Position numbers and translations under genes: made by a program. From positions 28,999,673-29,063,672 of the forward strand of contig OZ037766.1 of the NCBI GenBank assembly GCA_964035545.1: a DNA stretch of 64,000 nucleotides, given 5' to 3'. Each line of letters opens with the position of its first letter. Position 1 is the stretch's first letter. The stretch comes from Bugula neritina. Taxonomy: Eukaryota > Animalia > Bryozoa. The notes under the pieces were generated by a model that saw only the letters and a program-made list of their open reading frames with translations, made no database searches and was not told the DNA's origin. Shown one piece after another: positions 9,340-23,100 of this stretch.

Positions 9340-12004
9340 TGTAGTGTTAACCTACCAGGCTAAGCTCCAGCTCCAGAGTGTTCCTTGTTGGCTTTCCTTC
9401 GGCTATCACTTGTCAGTAGCTTTAGTACTTGTTAGCTTGTAGCTTGTCAACATCAGATCATCTTACATGCTCCCTCCTTACAAAAGAGAAGCAGGGCACA
9501 AGAGCACATTTTCAGAATACCAGAACACATATCTATATTATCATCATCATGATGCTAATAATTCCACATGCCCTTTTCTTTTAAAAGAGAAGTGCAATCA
9601 ATTCAAACAAAACTAGCTTTCAACTAATGCCCTTGAATACTTAAACTTATTATGAAGTGGTTCAAAGTGGCTCAGTCCTAGATGTCGAATCCCACCTCCT
9701 CTCATTGCTAGTACTGTTGGGAAGAACAATGCCAAATTTGACATTTATCATATTATCTGAAAGTGAAGTAGCAGCAAGGGTCAAGGCTGACTTCTCTTGC
9801 TAGCTTGCAGAGTCTTCTATGAGTTAAACTAAGGAACTCACAGGAGCAGACAACATTAGTGGAAATGTTGATGATATCATGTCAGTACTGAGGTCAAACC
9901 TCACATTTATCATATTATCTGAAAGTGAGATGTCGAGGGTCTGCATATAGACTACACTCGGCTCACACCCCGTGAAGCAACAGCGAGGGTCACAACTGAC
10001 TTCTCTCGTCGGCTTACAGAGTCTTCCATGAGTTAAACTCACGGGAGCAGACAACATTGTTGGTAACTGCTTCTGCCTGTCATTCCATAGTATTCCACTG
10101 CAATAATGTGTTTATATCATTACAGTGAACATCAATACACTTTTCCATATCTACAACACACATGTATCATTTTATATCAACATTGCAGATCCAGCAATTT
10201 TAACCTAGTAATATCAGCTATACCAAGCAAATTTTCAGTAGAGTTTGCCAATACATAAATCTTGGTATCCACAAATCTGTTGAAGTCGCCAATGCAAACC
10301 TTAGCTCTGCCTAGCACATTCACCAAAGACTTATCAACACCTGTAATATGCTTATCTGGTTCCTTTAATTTAATGTTCAACTTTTCTGCAGTCGCCTCAG
10401 TAAGTGTAGAAACTTCAGACCCAGTATCTAGCAAGAATTCTACACGTCTACCACTAACTAATAAAGTCCTTGTTATTTTAGGACTGACATTGTGATTATA
10501 AGTCCCATCACTCTTTGTAGAAAACTTCATTGATTTTAGGGAGTCCATAACTCCGATCCTGTTTTCTCTTTGTTCCACATACCTCTTTTTGTGATGGTAT
10601 CTTTTGTTATCAGAACAATCTTGAGCAATGTGGCCGAATTCCTTGCACATGTAGCAACGGGTTTTAGGACAGTTTCTCACATAATGTCCTGTACGGCCAC
10701 ATCTAAAGCATCTGCCATGACTCTTGTAAGCATTTTGCAATTTATAACTACAATGTTGATATGAATGACATGCCTCTTTTTTCTTTGAAAAAGAGTTGTC
10801 TCTATTGATAGAAATTGTCTTATCATAATTAGATCTATGTAGAACTTTATCTCTTTTCTTACGGTGTTCTGAGCTACCATTAGCTCGGTAAGAATATGTG
10901 AGTCTACCAATTGACTGTTCATCTATGCATTCATTGTTTATTGCATTTAAAGCATCCTCGGAAAGTTTACTTAAATGTGCAGCACGACTTTTCCTTTTCA
11001 GCTGTTCCCAGCTTAGATTAGCATGCTGCAACAAATGTCTACGTAATCCTGCATTTCTTAGACCATTAACTGCTAGCGCAACTGCAAATCCCATTCTAAC
11101 ATCATCATTATTGCCAAAGTTTATTGCTCTACTTAGCTTCTCAACTCTTAGCAAATAATCAATTTCGTTTTCTCCACAAGCTTGGGTCACAGTGACAAAC
11201 TTCATGGTTTTCACATAAAATGTATCATCTCTATCATAGTGAGATTGCAGTAAGTCTAAGGCTAACTCATATCCATCATCAGAGTTATTATTTAAATCAA
11301 AACCTAATGAATGTAAAGTATCAAGACCTTCTGGCCCTACAGCTCCTAACAGAGCTAAAAGCTTTCTCCTACCTCTAAATCTGCTAACCTGTTCATCCCC
11401 TACTACTTCAAACCCTGCATTAAGGGAAGTAACTTCTATACTCAATTTAAATTGAATGAGCCATGAGTTCCAAGATTTGGTTATGTTGCTTTCATCCAAC
11501 TTTAATTTAGGAAAAGCATTAAGGTCTAATTTGATGTCTTCATGAGCCATACTACAGTTAAGCAGTTTTAATAGAGTAAATAAAACAATTTAATTTTAAG
11601 CAGCTATCTCGTGATTATGCACTGTACTCTCAGTTCCAATCCCTGGGCGCATCCGTGTCTCTCAAAGTTTAATTCTCAGTTCCTTTCGCCGGCACTCTTA
11701 TTCTGAATCTATTAGTAATATTTATAAATTGCTCAAAAGTCAACACTCACCACCTTTCTCAACAAGCCTCTCAACTCTTTTTCTCAAATATAAACCTCTG
11801 AAGTCTAGTGAACTCCAAACAACACACTTCTCTCTTTTGTAACTCTTGTCTCCTCAATATCCTGCCGACTGCGCCATGTAGTGTTATCCTACCAGGCTAA
11901 GCTCCAGCTCCAGAGTGTTCCTTGTTGGCTTTCCTTCGGCTATCACTTGTCAGTAGCTTTAGTACTTGTTAGCTTGTAGCTTGTCAACATCAGATCATCT
12001 TACA
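9340..12004 (-). mobile_element. Non-autonomous Ty3/Gypsy (Mag-like) LTR retroelement, 2665 bp, Gag-protease only
   Basis: 128-bp LTRs at 9340-9467 and 11877-12004 (TG..CA, one mismatch seen). 5-bp TSD GCTGT. PBS TGGCGCAGTCGGCAGGAT (tRNA-Ser-like) next to the 5' LTR and PPT AAGGAGGGAG before the 3' LTR. Confidence 0.92.
10177..11550 (-). CDS. Retrotransposon Gag-protease (457 aa)
   Basis: Two CCHC knuckles (CFRCGRTGHYVRNC, CYMCKEFGHIAQDC), aspartic protease motif LDTGS and NLLG. No RT, RNase H or integrase follows. Confidence 0.9.
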   Translation of the reverse strand: MAHEDIKLDLNAFPKLKLDESNITKSWNSWLIQFKLSIEVTSLNAGFEVVGDEQVSRFRGRRKLLALLGAVGPEGLDTLHSLGFDLNNNSDDGYELALDLLQSHYDRDDTFYVKTMKFVTVTQACGENEIDYLLRVEKLSRAINFGNNDDVRMGFAVALAVNGLRNAGLRRHLLQHANLSWEQLKRKSRAAHLSKLSEDALNAINNECIDEQSIGRLTYSYRANGSSEHRKKRDKVLHRSNYDKTISINRDNSFSKKKEACHSYQHCSYKLQNAYKSHGRCFRCGRTGHYVRNCPKTRCYMCKEFGHIAQDCSDNKRYHHKKRYVEQRENRIGVMDSLKSMKFSTKSDGTYNHNVSPKITRTLLVSGRRVEFLLDTGSEVSTLTEATAEKLNIKLKEPDKHITGVDKSLVNVLGRAKVCIGDFNRFVDTKIYVLANSTENLLGIADITRLKLLDLQC

Positions 12005-13089
12005 GCTGTCAGGATTTTCTGCCACTTTTTGATTGGCTGGCTCCACAGAAAATCGGCAAAAAATGAACATGTTCAATTTTAAACACCGCCTAAAAAATCA
12101 GCCAAAAGCAAAAATCGCCAATTAACTTAGAAATCGTAGAGAATCGCAAACAGTTATTATCGACGATTTCCATGAAAAATCGGCCTGTGTACATGCAGCT
12201 TTAGTATACCTACATGCATGGCTCTTCCTAAATGTTGTTATAGCTTTGAGTCAAACAAAACTTTGATTGCTATTTTATATTCTACAGCTTGCAGAATTGT
12301 TTTTAGAAGTAGTATTATTAAAAAATCATTTTAAATTGATACAGACACACTTCTCAGAAAAACTACTGCTGTGACCCCTGACTCATATATAATATGTTGG
12401 ATTTAATGCTTAAATTGAATTATAGCAAATATTATACGTCGTAACATGTGCCAGGATCTTTTCAAAAGAATAAAATGGGAGACTTGTTAATGACAAAATA
12501 CAGATAATGTGTGATATAACCAAATTATAGTCAAGGTGGAACAACTTTAGACTATCCAATATATGCAGAATTTTGTTCTACAATAAATTCATAGAATGGG
12601 GCAGACACCTTTGTTTGAATAACGTGCCAACTAAACCTTTATATTCTAATGCATAATAATGCCAATACTGGATGTAATAACGTGGAGAGTGTATAGCCAT
12701 GCTATAACACGTTCTATAAATCCAAAGTAAATCAAGATAAACAGCTTAATGAAACCTATCTACTTTTTAATTATGGAGGTCTTTAGTAGCTGTGTGATTT
12801 TTATATCTGGGCCTAACCGGGTAAATCAATACTAAATAGCTATAAGATATACTAGTAGTTCATTTCAACAATTTTCCATCTCTTGCAATTTTTTTTATTT
12901 GTGGTGCCATGAGTTATTTAAAAACTTTATTCTTACATAAAGTACTACAACATAGTAAAATATGACATGTATGCCAATAAAATTATGTGCTTACATAATA
13001 AAGTAAGCTAGATTAAAAAAACAATGGTAACATACATATACTTATTTACTGTTCTAAAATTTTTACCACTTTCATAATCACAAAGCCGT

Positions 13090-16000
13090 TTATTTAGAAC
13101 AAACAACACAAGTAAGTTGTTTCTTGTCATGATATGGTGGACAGTGTCCAATAGTTCCATCTCCAGAGCAATCAGTTCTGACAAAGTAGAACAGAGCTCC
13201 ATTTGCATTGGCACTCATCCCATTGATATACTCAGGGTATTGGTCTACACACTCATATGTAGCTGGATGAGGATTGGCATTACCCTCAGTCATGAGGTAT
13301 CCTGAAAATATACAGAGGAGTTTTAACATGTGCTACATAATTACTACTTACATTAGCAATAGATTTTTATGCCTGTTTTAGTTATATATATTTGTAGCAA
13401 TCTGTGGTTTAACCTTGATAGGGAAGCATTTCTTCCAAAAAAGCATGAACATAAACATACCAGTATTGGTAAATTTAAAGATTTCTGTTAGAGATCACAA
13501 ACAGGCTATATTAATTGCACGACATGTTTTATTACTCTATGTAGTGTTGAATCATTCCTATTTCTGCATTATAGGGTTTAAATACTAAATTTATCAAAAT
13601 TGAATAATAGTTTATATAAAAAGGTGCTAAAAAGTAAAGTTCAAAAAGGATTCACAAACTATGATTTCATGGTATTTTAGCTTAAATGCATTGCAACCTT
13701 GGGGTAATAATATTTAAAACTAATATCAGCATTGCTTATTACCAACTTACAAGAACAATAATAGTTAGTGTTACCTTCATATTCTTTTGTCCACCTAGAT
13801 GGACAGGATCTCTTAGCTGGAATCATCATAAGAGCTGGTCTGTTCTCTGTATAACATCTGGCACATGGTACATTCTGTTGATAAGCTAAATCAGGGAATA
13901 TTCCAAACTGGTTTGTTTGATATTCTGAACCAGTCATTGCAGAACCCTGAAAACTGTCACCAGTGTAAGCTCTGTTGTATTGTGGGTCAGGGGGCATACA
14001 CTGGTAGTTCACCCCACCTCCAGTGTTTTTATAATATGCTCCACCAGCAAATCCTGGAAAAATATAACTGTTTCAACAGTAGCCTATATCATGTGCGTAC
14101 ATATAGTTAGCAATCATTAAACTTAATCAGTTCAACACCTAATAAGTTTCACATTGTGTGCAATAAGTTTCTTAGAAGTGTTGCCATATTTTTCATAGAG
14201 TCAAACCTTCAGTTATACAAAATAATTGTAATCACATTTACCTGCATAAAGTAAAGTTGATTGGGAACTACAAGATTTTCTTCCCCATCTTACGTAAACG
14301 GCTCCTCCTTCAACATGTGCCGCATTGCCAGGAGCTCCTTTCACTCCTTTGAGACCAGCTGCACCTGTAGCACCTTTTGCTCCAGGAGTGCCATTTTTTC
14401 CAGGTGTTCCAGAAGCTCCTTGAGCTCCATTGACACCAGGCAAGCCAGGAACACCAGGTGACCCTATATCTCCTTTAGCTCCTTTAGACCCAGGAGCCCC
14501 TGTTGGACCTGTAGGTCCAGGACTACCGGGTACTCCATCTCTCCCTATTTATAAGACAGAATCAAAATAGTTATATACCAAAAATTTACTTATTGAATTG
14601 GCAGAAAAACACTTGCATTCTGATACAAAGTTTAGGTGCATGGTATATAAGTTAAGTTTCTCTCACCATCACGACCATTTGCACCATCACGACCATTTGC
14701 ACCATCACGACCATTTGCGCCGTCATCTCCATCTTTACCATCCCTACCGTCTTTGCCATCTTTACCATCTTTACCAGCGATACCTCTAACTCCTAACATA
14801 CATTGTGAATGTATGATTACAAAAAAAGAATATAGCTTTATGGTGACCTGTATAGTGTTTACGCATTGCACCTTCATTGTGCAAATACAAGCTCTTACAA
14901 TAGTATGACATTTTACAGATGTTAAAAATATCCACAGCTGTATTATACAATCAAATAATCAACATGCAAACACACTTTTGATATAAATATCTTCAATAAT
15001 TATTTTCATTTCATGTATAATTGATGTAATAATATATTGAAAGGATTTATATAGGAGTTATCTTTGTATCGAAAGGACAACTCTCTTACTACTTCGCTAC
15101 TATCATCTACTCGGTCTGCTAGTAATGGCCTACTACGCTACTAACCTACGCTGTGGACTATGGGAGGAGCCTAGTAATGTGAACTGACAGTTACCACACT
15201 CGGGTAGCTGGCAGTCAGGCAGTGAATTAGCTAGTAATAGGTTGTTGTTTTCTAAGTCAATTGTATAGTTTTACTCGTGTATAAATTGTATTAAATAAAT
15301 GCATAATAATTCCTTTAGCTTGGCAGTGTTGCATTACTTTAAATACTCAAGCAATTAGTGAATGCACAGTTTCACAACAATATTTATAATCTTGACTTGT
15401 TAATTTTTTCATTATTATAAACCTGAAAATTTATTATCATTGCTCAAACTTTTACTGCCGAATTGTTTCTTGTTACTACAATTGATTAAAAATCCACTTT
15501 TTTATATAAACCACTTCCTATATACATTTCCTATAGAATCTCAATATTTTTTATGAAACCAATAAAGCTGCTGGCTAAACCAGAAAACATAATCAGAGTA
15601 AAACTAGCTTGTCTATATAAAACTTAAAAAGCCTTTAATTCAAAAGTTATACTTTTTACCATAGATGCACAGCTGATCTAGAAAATTATCAACTTCCTTT
15701 TCTTTCTCTTTTTCAAGAAAATCTGCAGTAGGCAACTTTCCATTGAGCAACTATAATAAATAAAATTACATATTTCAAAAATAGCTTATATCTATACATG
15801 CATCAAGGGTGTACAGGCTCGTTATTTGCAACTATGGTCACATTGTAAGAGTGTGTTAATTGCTTTAATCTTAGATATCACAAGTAAACAAAATACTCTA
15901 TTAAACTGCTTTAAATACAGTGTATTGTAAAACTAAAGATTTTCAGCTCTGGATATAAATTTATTGAAATAATTTGAGCAGATTTATTACCACAACCTAA

Positions 16001-16729
16001 CATTATTTTACTATTTTCTACTTGTAAATAATAATTAGAAAGCCTTGCGAAACAGCTCAGTCAATCAACACTCAGAAAACAATCAATGGAATTGGTTCAA
16101 AGTTGAACAGAAAGACTTGCATTCCACATGCTGAATGCTTGAACTCACCAGTAAATGAAAGCAGTCATGAGTGCTTACTTTTAGCTACAGTGTCAATGAG
16201 AATAATGTGGGGGTAATTGCAAAAAGAGAAATATGTGTGTACTACTGTTAGCAAAAACAACTCTTAAGCTAAAATAAGGATTAAATCACCTTCGATATAT
16301 TATATATATAATATATAATAATGTTAATCCACTTACAACATGCAGTAGTGAAAGTGTAGTGTGTTGTTGGGAAGTTATCTGCTCCTGTTGCTTCTCTATC
16401 TGCTGCTGTTGCTTCTCTATCTGCTGCTGTTGTTTTTCTATCTGGAGCTGCTGTCCATCATTCTGCTGTTGCTGCTCTTTATTCTGAAGCCGCTGATTTT
16501 CTATTTGCAGCTGCTGATTCTCTACCTGCTGCTGGAGCTTTTTAATTTGTAGTTGCTGACTTTCATTTTGCTGCCTAAAAACCTCGGTTAGTGCTTCCAA
16601 CTTATTTTGTTGCTCTTCCAGAAACTCTTTAACATTTTCAACAGTACCACTGGGTATCCCCTCAGAAGAGTGTACTAGCAGTGCGCTTAGTGTAATTAAG
16701 AGGAAAACTACAACATAATATACCAACAT
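13090..16729 (-). CDS. Short-chain collagen C4/spongin-like protein, copy B (about 467 aa)
   Basis: Exons 16337-16729, 15660-15750, 14667-14792, 14242-14544, 13775-14053, 13090-13301. Canonical splice sites and the same phases as A. Confidence 0.9.
15038..15379 (+). mobile_element. Probable solo LTR in intron 2 of gene B
   Basis: TG..CA termini, 4-bp TSD ATAT, internal AATAAA. Empty site in A (about 4070) and F (about 43385). Confidence 0.7.
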
Positions 16730-18589
16730 GTGTTTGATAGTCTTCTGTCAATTAACATAATATTCTGGTTTAGAAACAAGCTTGAGGATAATTCCCCCTG
16801 AAATCAACAAAGTGTATTGTAGAAACCACTTTTTTATATAATATAGTAGCTATATAGTAATATAAAAGTTTGAGATTAACTCATATTAAAGTCAACAAAG
16901 TGTAGAAACTATAACTATTATGTAATATAGTAGACAGAAACTTTACACTTTACTACGTACTAAGTGAAAGCTAGACTATTACATTCTCAATATATCATTA
17001 TATAGGAGACTTGGCGGTGTACGTATTTATAAAAGCTCTAAATGTCTTTCTGACTTATCTTTGCATATTGAATTTGTTTATGTGATGTAGATACAGTAAT
17101 TTTCTAAAAACACAAAATTGTTAATACAATGCTCCCCTACTTATCTCACTAAGCAAAAGGTGATGAATTCAAAAATCTTTATATGTCATTGAATACAATA
17201 CAACTTTTATAAATAACTTTTCTTTTCCCAACCTATTGTAACCACGTGAACATTATTTTCCAGCTTCTAACAAAAGTTAGAATCAATATAAATAAACTTA
17301 TTTACCTCTTTCAACAGTCTTCATCTTTGTGTCTTTCCCTGTGACTGTGTGACAGTCTTTGAGGTTTGTCAAAAATATGAATTATAGATATTCTATAGTG
17401 AGGGTGACACAAAGATCTGATTGGCTGATCCGTACAACAGAGGAATAGCATAAAGAATAATATATTTTTCAGTTCAATACATTAGCCAATAAAAACGATG
17501 TGTCTTATAAATGAGCCATTCAATACAAAATAATTTTGATTACCTGATTGTTGTATAAAAGAATTTAAACATTCCTTTTCACAATCGTCTTGAATCTATT
17601 AGAAAGCTGTAATTCGATGACTTCACTTTACGTAATTTTTATACAATGTGACCATAACTCCCTGACTACACTCTACATTTTTATACCAAGTGCTGATAAC
17701 TCCTTGCTATTTTGTCATGAACTTTTTCTAAGTGGCACATCTTGATTGAATGGTCATCAGTTGAGATGTTAGCAGCTTAAGGTGATAAGACTTGTATATC
17801 GTGTTTATATGCACTAAACTTTATGATATTCAAATTTCCAAAAATACATATAAAACTATCTCAATATACACTGAAGTCAGCCTAAAAACACATGAAGTAT
17901 ATCTTGCTATACACATTGGTTATAAACAATATTGAAACTATATTAGAGTATTAGATTGTACACCTTAAAACCACTTTTGAGAGTTCTACATACAGATGAA
18001 TAATAAACTGTTATAGTTTGTTGCAGGTGTTCTGTTCGGGATGAACGTTTTCCTTACCCTTACATTTCAAGCCAATAGTTTAATCAAAACTCTGATTATC
18101 AATTTATCAGATGAACAACCAAGTAATATGATGCGAAAAATAGTTAATAGAATAATAGGTATCACTATGTACTACATGCATTGCTACCATTTCTATTACA
18201 TCTATTTTGTCAAAATTGACAAATTTTAAAGTGAAAAGCTAAGATGTGTGTAATATAATTGAAATCGTTGGAACTAGCTTTGTTTGTTTATATATAAAAA
18301 CTTATAGTATTTTTAAAACTATGAATTACTATAAGTCTAGTAGCTATAGCTACCATTCCTATTATACATCTATTTTGTCAAAATTGACAAATTTTAAAGT
18401 GGAAAGCTAGGCTGTATAATGAAATATAATTTAAATTATTGCAACTCAAAATTTATAGTATTTTCTAAATTACGTTTCTATATAAGAGCCTAGTATAGCT
18501 AAAATATGTTGTAGAATATATAAACATTGATTTTTAGAGCATATAGTACCGAAATTGAATCTATAATTGTTTCATACTATATGTGTCTG

Positions 18590-18750
18590 TATGTGGTGTG
18601 TATGCGTGTGTGTGTGCGTGTGTGTGTGCGTGTGCGTGTGCGTTTGCGTGTGCGTGTGCGTGTGCGTGTGCGTGTGCGTGTGCGTGTGCGTGTGTGTGTG
18701 TGTGTGCGTGCGTGTGCCTGTTTGTGTGCCTGTTTGTGCGTGTGTGTTTA
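18590..18750. repeat. (GT)n/(GTGTGC)n microsatellite
   Basis: Direct reading. Confidence 0.95.
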
Positions 18751-20131
18751 TTTTGCATATTTATACATGTGTGTATTGTGTAGCTAATAATCTATTATAT
18801 ACATACATTTATTATACATAATGTGTTTATAAACTTTGCTCTTATAATGGACCAGAGATGTTCAACAGGGAACCCAGGGCTGGATAAGGCCTCAAGTTTA
18901 CATTTTTGTGACTTTCAAAGGTATAACACATGAATTATTTTGTACACATTATATTCATAAATCAGAGTGGAAAAATACCTTTTAAATGTGTAAATTTTAT
19001 ACATGCAAAATAGCATGCAGCCTATGCAGCAAGTATAACATTTTACTTAACTGGGTAAAGATTCTTAGGCAATGAAGTAATTTAAAAATTACAATGGTGC
19101 TGTGGCCCCTAGCTCAAACTAAATTTTTCGATTCAACTCTTGTGATGTGAATATTCCATCAAAAATGAAAAGATTAGACACCCATGCTTTAGACTGCTGA
19201 TATATAATCGGTTTAAACACACAGTTTTAGTTTTAGTATGTTTCTTGCAAATAAAACGCGAAGTTTTCAAATATAATATTACAAATAAAGTGGAAAAATC
19301 AAATTGGGCTGATGCCATATTTGATTAAATTAAGAATCTATGAATCCAGGTGCTTCTTTATAACAAAATTATAGCATTGAATGTAAGTAGGGATGTGATT
19401 TTTTAAACTGCATTGAATGATTCAATTTAAAAGAGATGGTCCTAGTTTTTATCACCTCATAGAATACCTTATATATAGTACTCCTCAGTATGTATAGAAA
19501 CATCCAGGGTTATTTAATTCAATTATCAGTTTATTATCAGAATATTCTGCTTTTTTATTTTATTGTAAATTATATATGCTGATGTTAGGTATAAATGATT
19601 CGATTTTTTGTTGGAATTTCCTGTATTTAATTACCTAGTAACTGTGACAACAGCAAGTTTTCAATGGCCTATAAATTCTTTATGATTTTGTTATACTAAC
19701 TGTCATCATAATAGGATAAGTGAGCAGTAAGTCTTAGTGAAATCAAAGAATTTAGTGCTTCAAACAGCATTTTTTCTTTTGGTTTAGTAGAATAGCACAC
19801 TGAAACAATATCTTTTAGGTTTTAAAGTTATAATATGAGTAATATAATGTGTCTTTATTGTATGGAATAAAACTCAGGGTAATGAATGTACTATATTCTA
19901 AATCTATAAAATGAAAAAAGCAAGCAGCTATAGGTTTACACAACTCAGTCAGTTTTATTTTTAAAAGTTTTTAGCAAAATATTTAATACAAACTATAATG
20001 TCAGAGTTAATCACTAAAAAGAACTATAGAAACTAGAATATAAAATGTATTAGAAACATTTGACATTTTACACTACTTGTATTTTAGAAAATGAAAGCAC
20101 CAAAGTAAAGAATATTACACTTTACTATTGT

Positions 20132-23100
20132 TTATTTAGAACAAACAACACAAGTTAGCTGCTTCTTATCATCATATGGTGGACATTGTCCAGTAGCTCC
20201 ATTTCCAGAGCAAACAGTTCTGACAAAGTAGAACAGAGCTCCATTTGCATTACCACCCATTCCATTGACATACTCAAGATCTTGATCTACACACTCATAT
20301 GTAGTTGGGTGAGGATGATCATAACGTTGACTCATCAAGTAACCTGAAATGACATGCAAACAAGTTTCAAATTTACTGTAAATACTAGATTTAATAGAAG
20401 TAGATGTTTATAAGAAGTGTTTTGCATTGTTTAATAACCATTATCAGCTTCCCAATATAAAAATTATATTTGGCAACTAGCAATTAATGCAGTATGTATA
20501 GTAATAAATTAGACAAAGCAAACTATCAAAAACTAATGCTTTGAAACTATAACTTCTACAAGCATGCGACTTCATGTTTTTCAATATAACAGGTTGTGAT
20601 TAATTGCTTAATTGATATTAATGATTTAAGGGCTTTTAGACAATACTTTTTTGGTGAATAAAAAATAATACAATATATAAAATAATACTATTAAATTAGG
20701 TGAAATTATTACATATACATAGCACTATGCCTATCTTTCAAATTTAGCCATAGGAACCTTAAGAATAAAAAATAAACATAATAACACTAAGTTATAGATA
20801 TATGGATCATTACTAATTTCTGGAAATAGGGCATTTGTTGAGATATAAACAATATAATTACCTTCATACTCCTGTGTCTACCCAGATGGACAGGATCTTT
20901 TAGCTGGAATCATCATAAGAGCTGGTCTGTTCTCTGTATAACATCTGGCACATGGTACATTCTGTTGAACAGCTGTATTGGGGAATATTCCATAGTGTTC
21001 TGTTTGGTATTCTGCACCATTTATGGAAGAGCCTTTAAAACTGCCACCAGTGTAGGCTTTGTTGTATTGTGGGTCAAAGGGCATACACTGGTAGTTAACT
21101 CCACCTCCAGTGTTTGTATAATATTCACCTCCAGCAAATCCTGAGAAAATAAAACTGTTTTATTAGTATGTGTGTTCATGGATAAATAGTAAACATTATC
21201 TATAAAACACTAAATGATAATCTAATTAATTAAAATGAGATAAAATAGATAAACTTCTTAGCAGTAATTTGCTGAGTAATATTGTCATAGTCTTCATATA
21301 CAAATATAACCTTCTATGACGCAATAGATTAGTACTAATTATTTCACCTGCATAAAGTAGTGTTGATTGGGAACCACAAGATTTTCTTCCCCATCTTACG
21401 TAAACAGCTCCTCCTTCATTATGTGACACATTGCCAGGAGCACCTGGAGCACCTGTTGGACCTCTCAATCCTGTAAGTCCAGGAATACCAGGTAATCCGT
21501 CTCTCCCTATTTTTAAAACAGAGTCAAATGCTGTTATATGCTAAAATATTTGCTCATAGAATTGGCAGAACAATACTTGTATTCTAGCTGATAAGTTAAG
21601 TTTTTCTCACCATCACGGCCACTTGCACCATCATTTCCATCTCTACCATCTCTGCCATCTTTACCAGTAAAACTTCTGACTCCTAATATAGATATTGAGA
21701 TTGTATGATTGCAAAAGAAAAAAATGCAGCTTCTCATTATCTTGCCATGTGTTTGCTTTGCACTTTCATTGTGCAATTACAAGCTCATGCAATGATGTAG
21801 CATTTTACAAAATTCGTATCTTAAAAATATTTACGGCTATATAAATTTTGCTGTAAACTTTTAAACAGCCACTCATATAGTATATAATCAACGAAAGATA
21901 TTGCTTGCATGCGTGTGATATTTTGCCATTAATGAGTGCATGTATAAACTTTAATATATGTAGCCTATTATATTAGCTGCCATCTATTGCAAAGTGAGAA
22001 GCAATCATTATATTATAGTTCAAATCTAAAAAAGAATCAAGTTATATATGCAGTACTTTTGATCTAAAATGTATTTATTTTGAATTATATTGCCAATTTA
22101 AATTAAATTACAGTTGAGTTCAAGCTGTGATGGTAGAAAATTAAAATCTGAATAGCCTCAATCAAATTCACAATTAAGATATGCACATTTTTGGTCTAAT
22201 CTTTTTCATTGGTTTAAAATTATATATTGGCGTAATAAAACATAAAAGTTTGCTTTTTAATTTTGATTCATAATGAACCTTAAAAGTCTCAATATCCGTT
22301 GTGTTCACCTAAACTGCATGTCAGCTAGTTAATTGTTTACTGTGACTAAAATTGAGTAAAATTGACTTTTTCTCCATATAGACCAGTTCCTATAATATAT
22401 ACTGATAATTTTAATTCAGAAATTTGTAATAAAACCTACATATAAAGCTGTTTGCCAAATCTAAATAAAATATAATATATAAATAAAACATTTTCTGTCA
22501 TTTTAAGACAAGAATAATTTTATCTATAATACAAAGCCTTTAATTTAAGAATAATAACTTTTACCATGTATATGCACATCTGGGATAAAAAGCTAACAAC
22601 TTCATTTTCTTCCTCTTTTTCAAGATAATCTGCAGTTGGCAAAGTTCCATTGAGTAGCTATAAATGAGATCAAACATTTCAATAACAATTTTTATATATC
22701 CTCATGCATGGCTTTATAGATTAATCGTCTGCAAATAAACGGTCACAAAGTATGCGTGAGTATATTTTACTTTCATCTTATAGCTATCACTAGTTATGCT
22801 AGAAAGTACACTAAAATTCTTTACCAGACGTTGTATTTTAAGTTTAAAAATTGTCAGCTCTAGATTTTGTAATTAATTTACTCAAATAAACTACAGCAAG
22901 ATTCACTACCATAATTTGATATAACTTTGAATATTCTGTTTGTAAATACTAAATATTAAATTATTCGAATATATAGTAACCCGAAAAGTTAAAACTTATA
23001 GGAAAAAAACTATTGGAATTGATTCAAAATTTAAACAAAGTGTTTTGTCTTCTTTATATGGCAGATGCTGAAAGCAGGCAGCTGTGATGTAACAGCCAAT

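Larger units (their letters stand above)
9256..12201. mobile_element. MITE (about 280 bp) split by an LTR retroelement insertion
   Basis: TIRs AAGCTGCATGTACACAGGCC (9256) / GGCCTGTGTACATGCAGCTT (ends 12201) with TA flanks. The homologous spacer near 40690-40705 lacks it. Confidence 0.85.

Noticed and set aside
18180-18490. ~165-bp local duplication containing TTTTGTCAAAATTGACAAA
   Set aside because: Ordinary spacer duplication with no TE hallmarks or conservation in other units.
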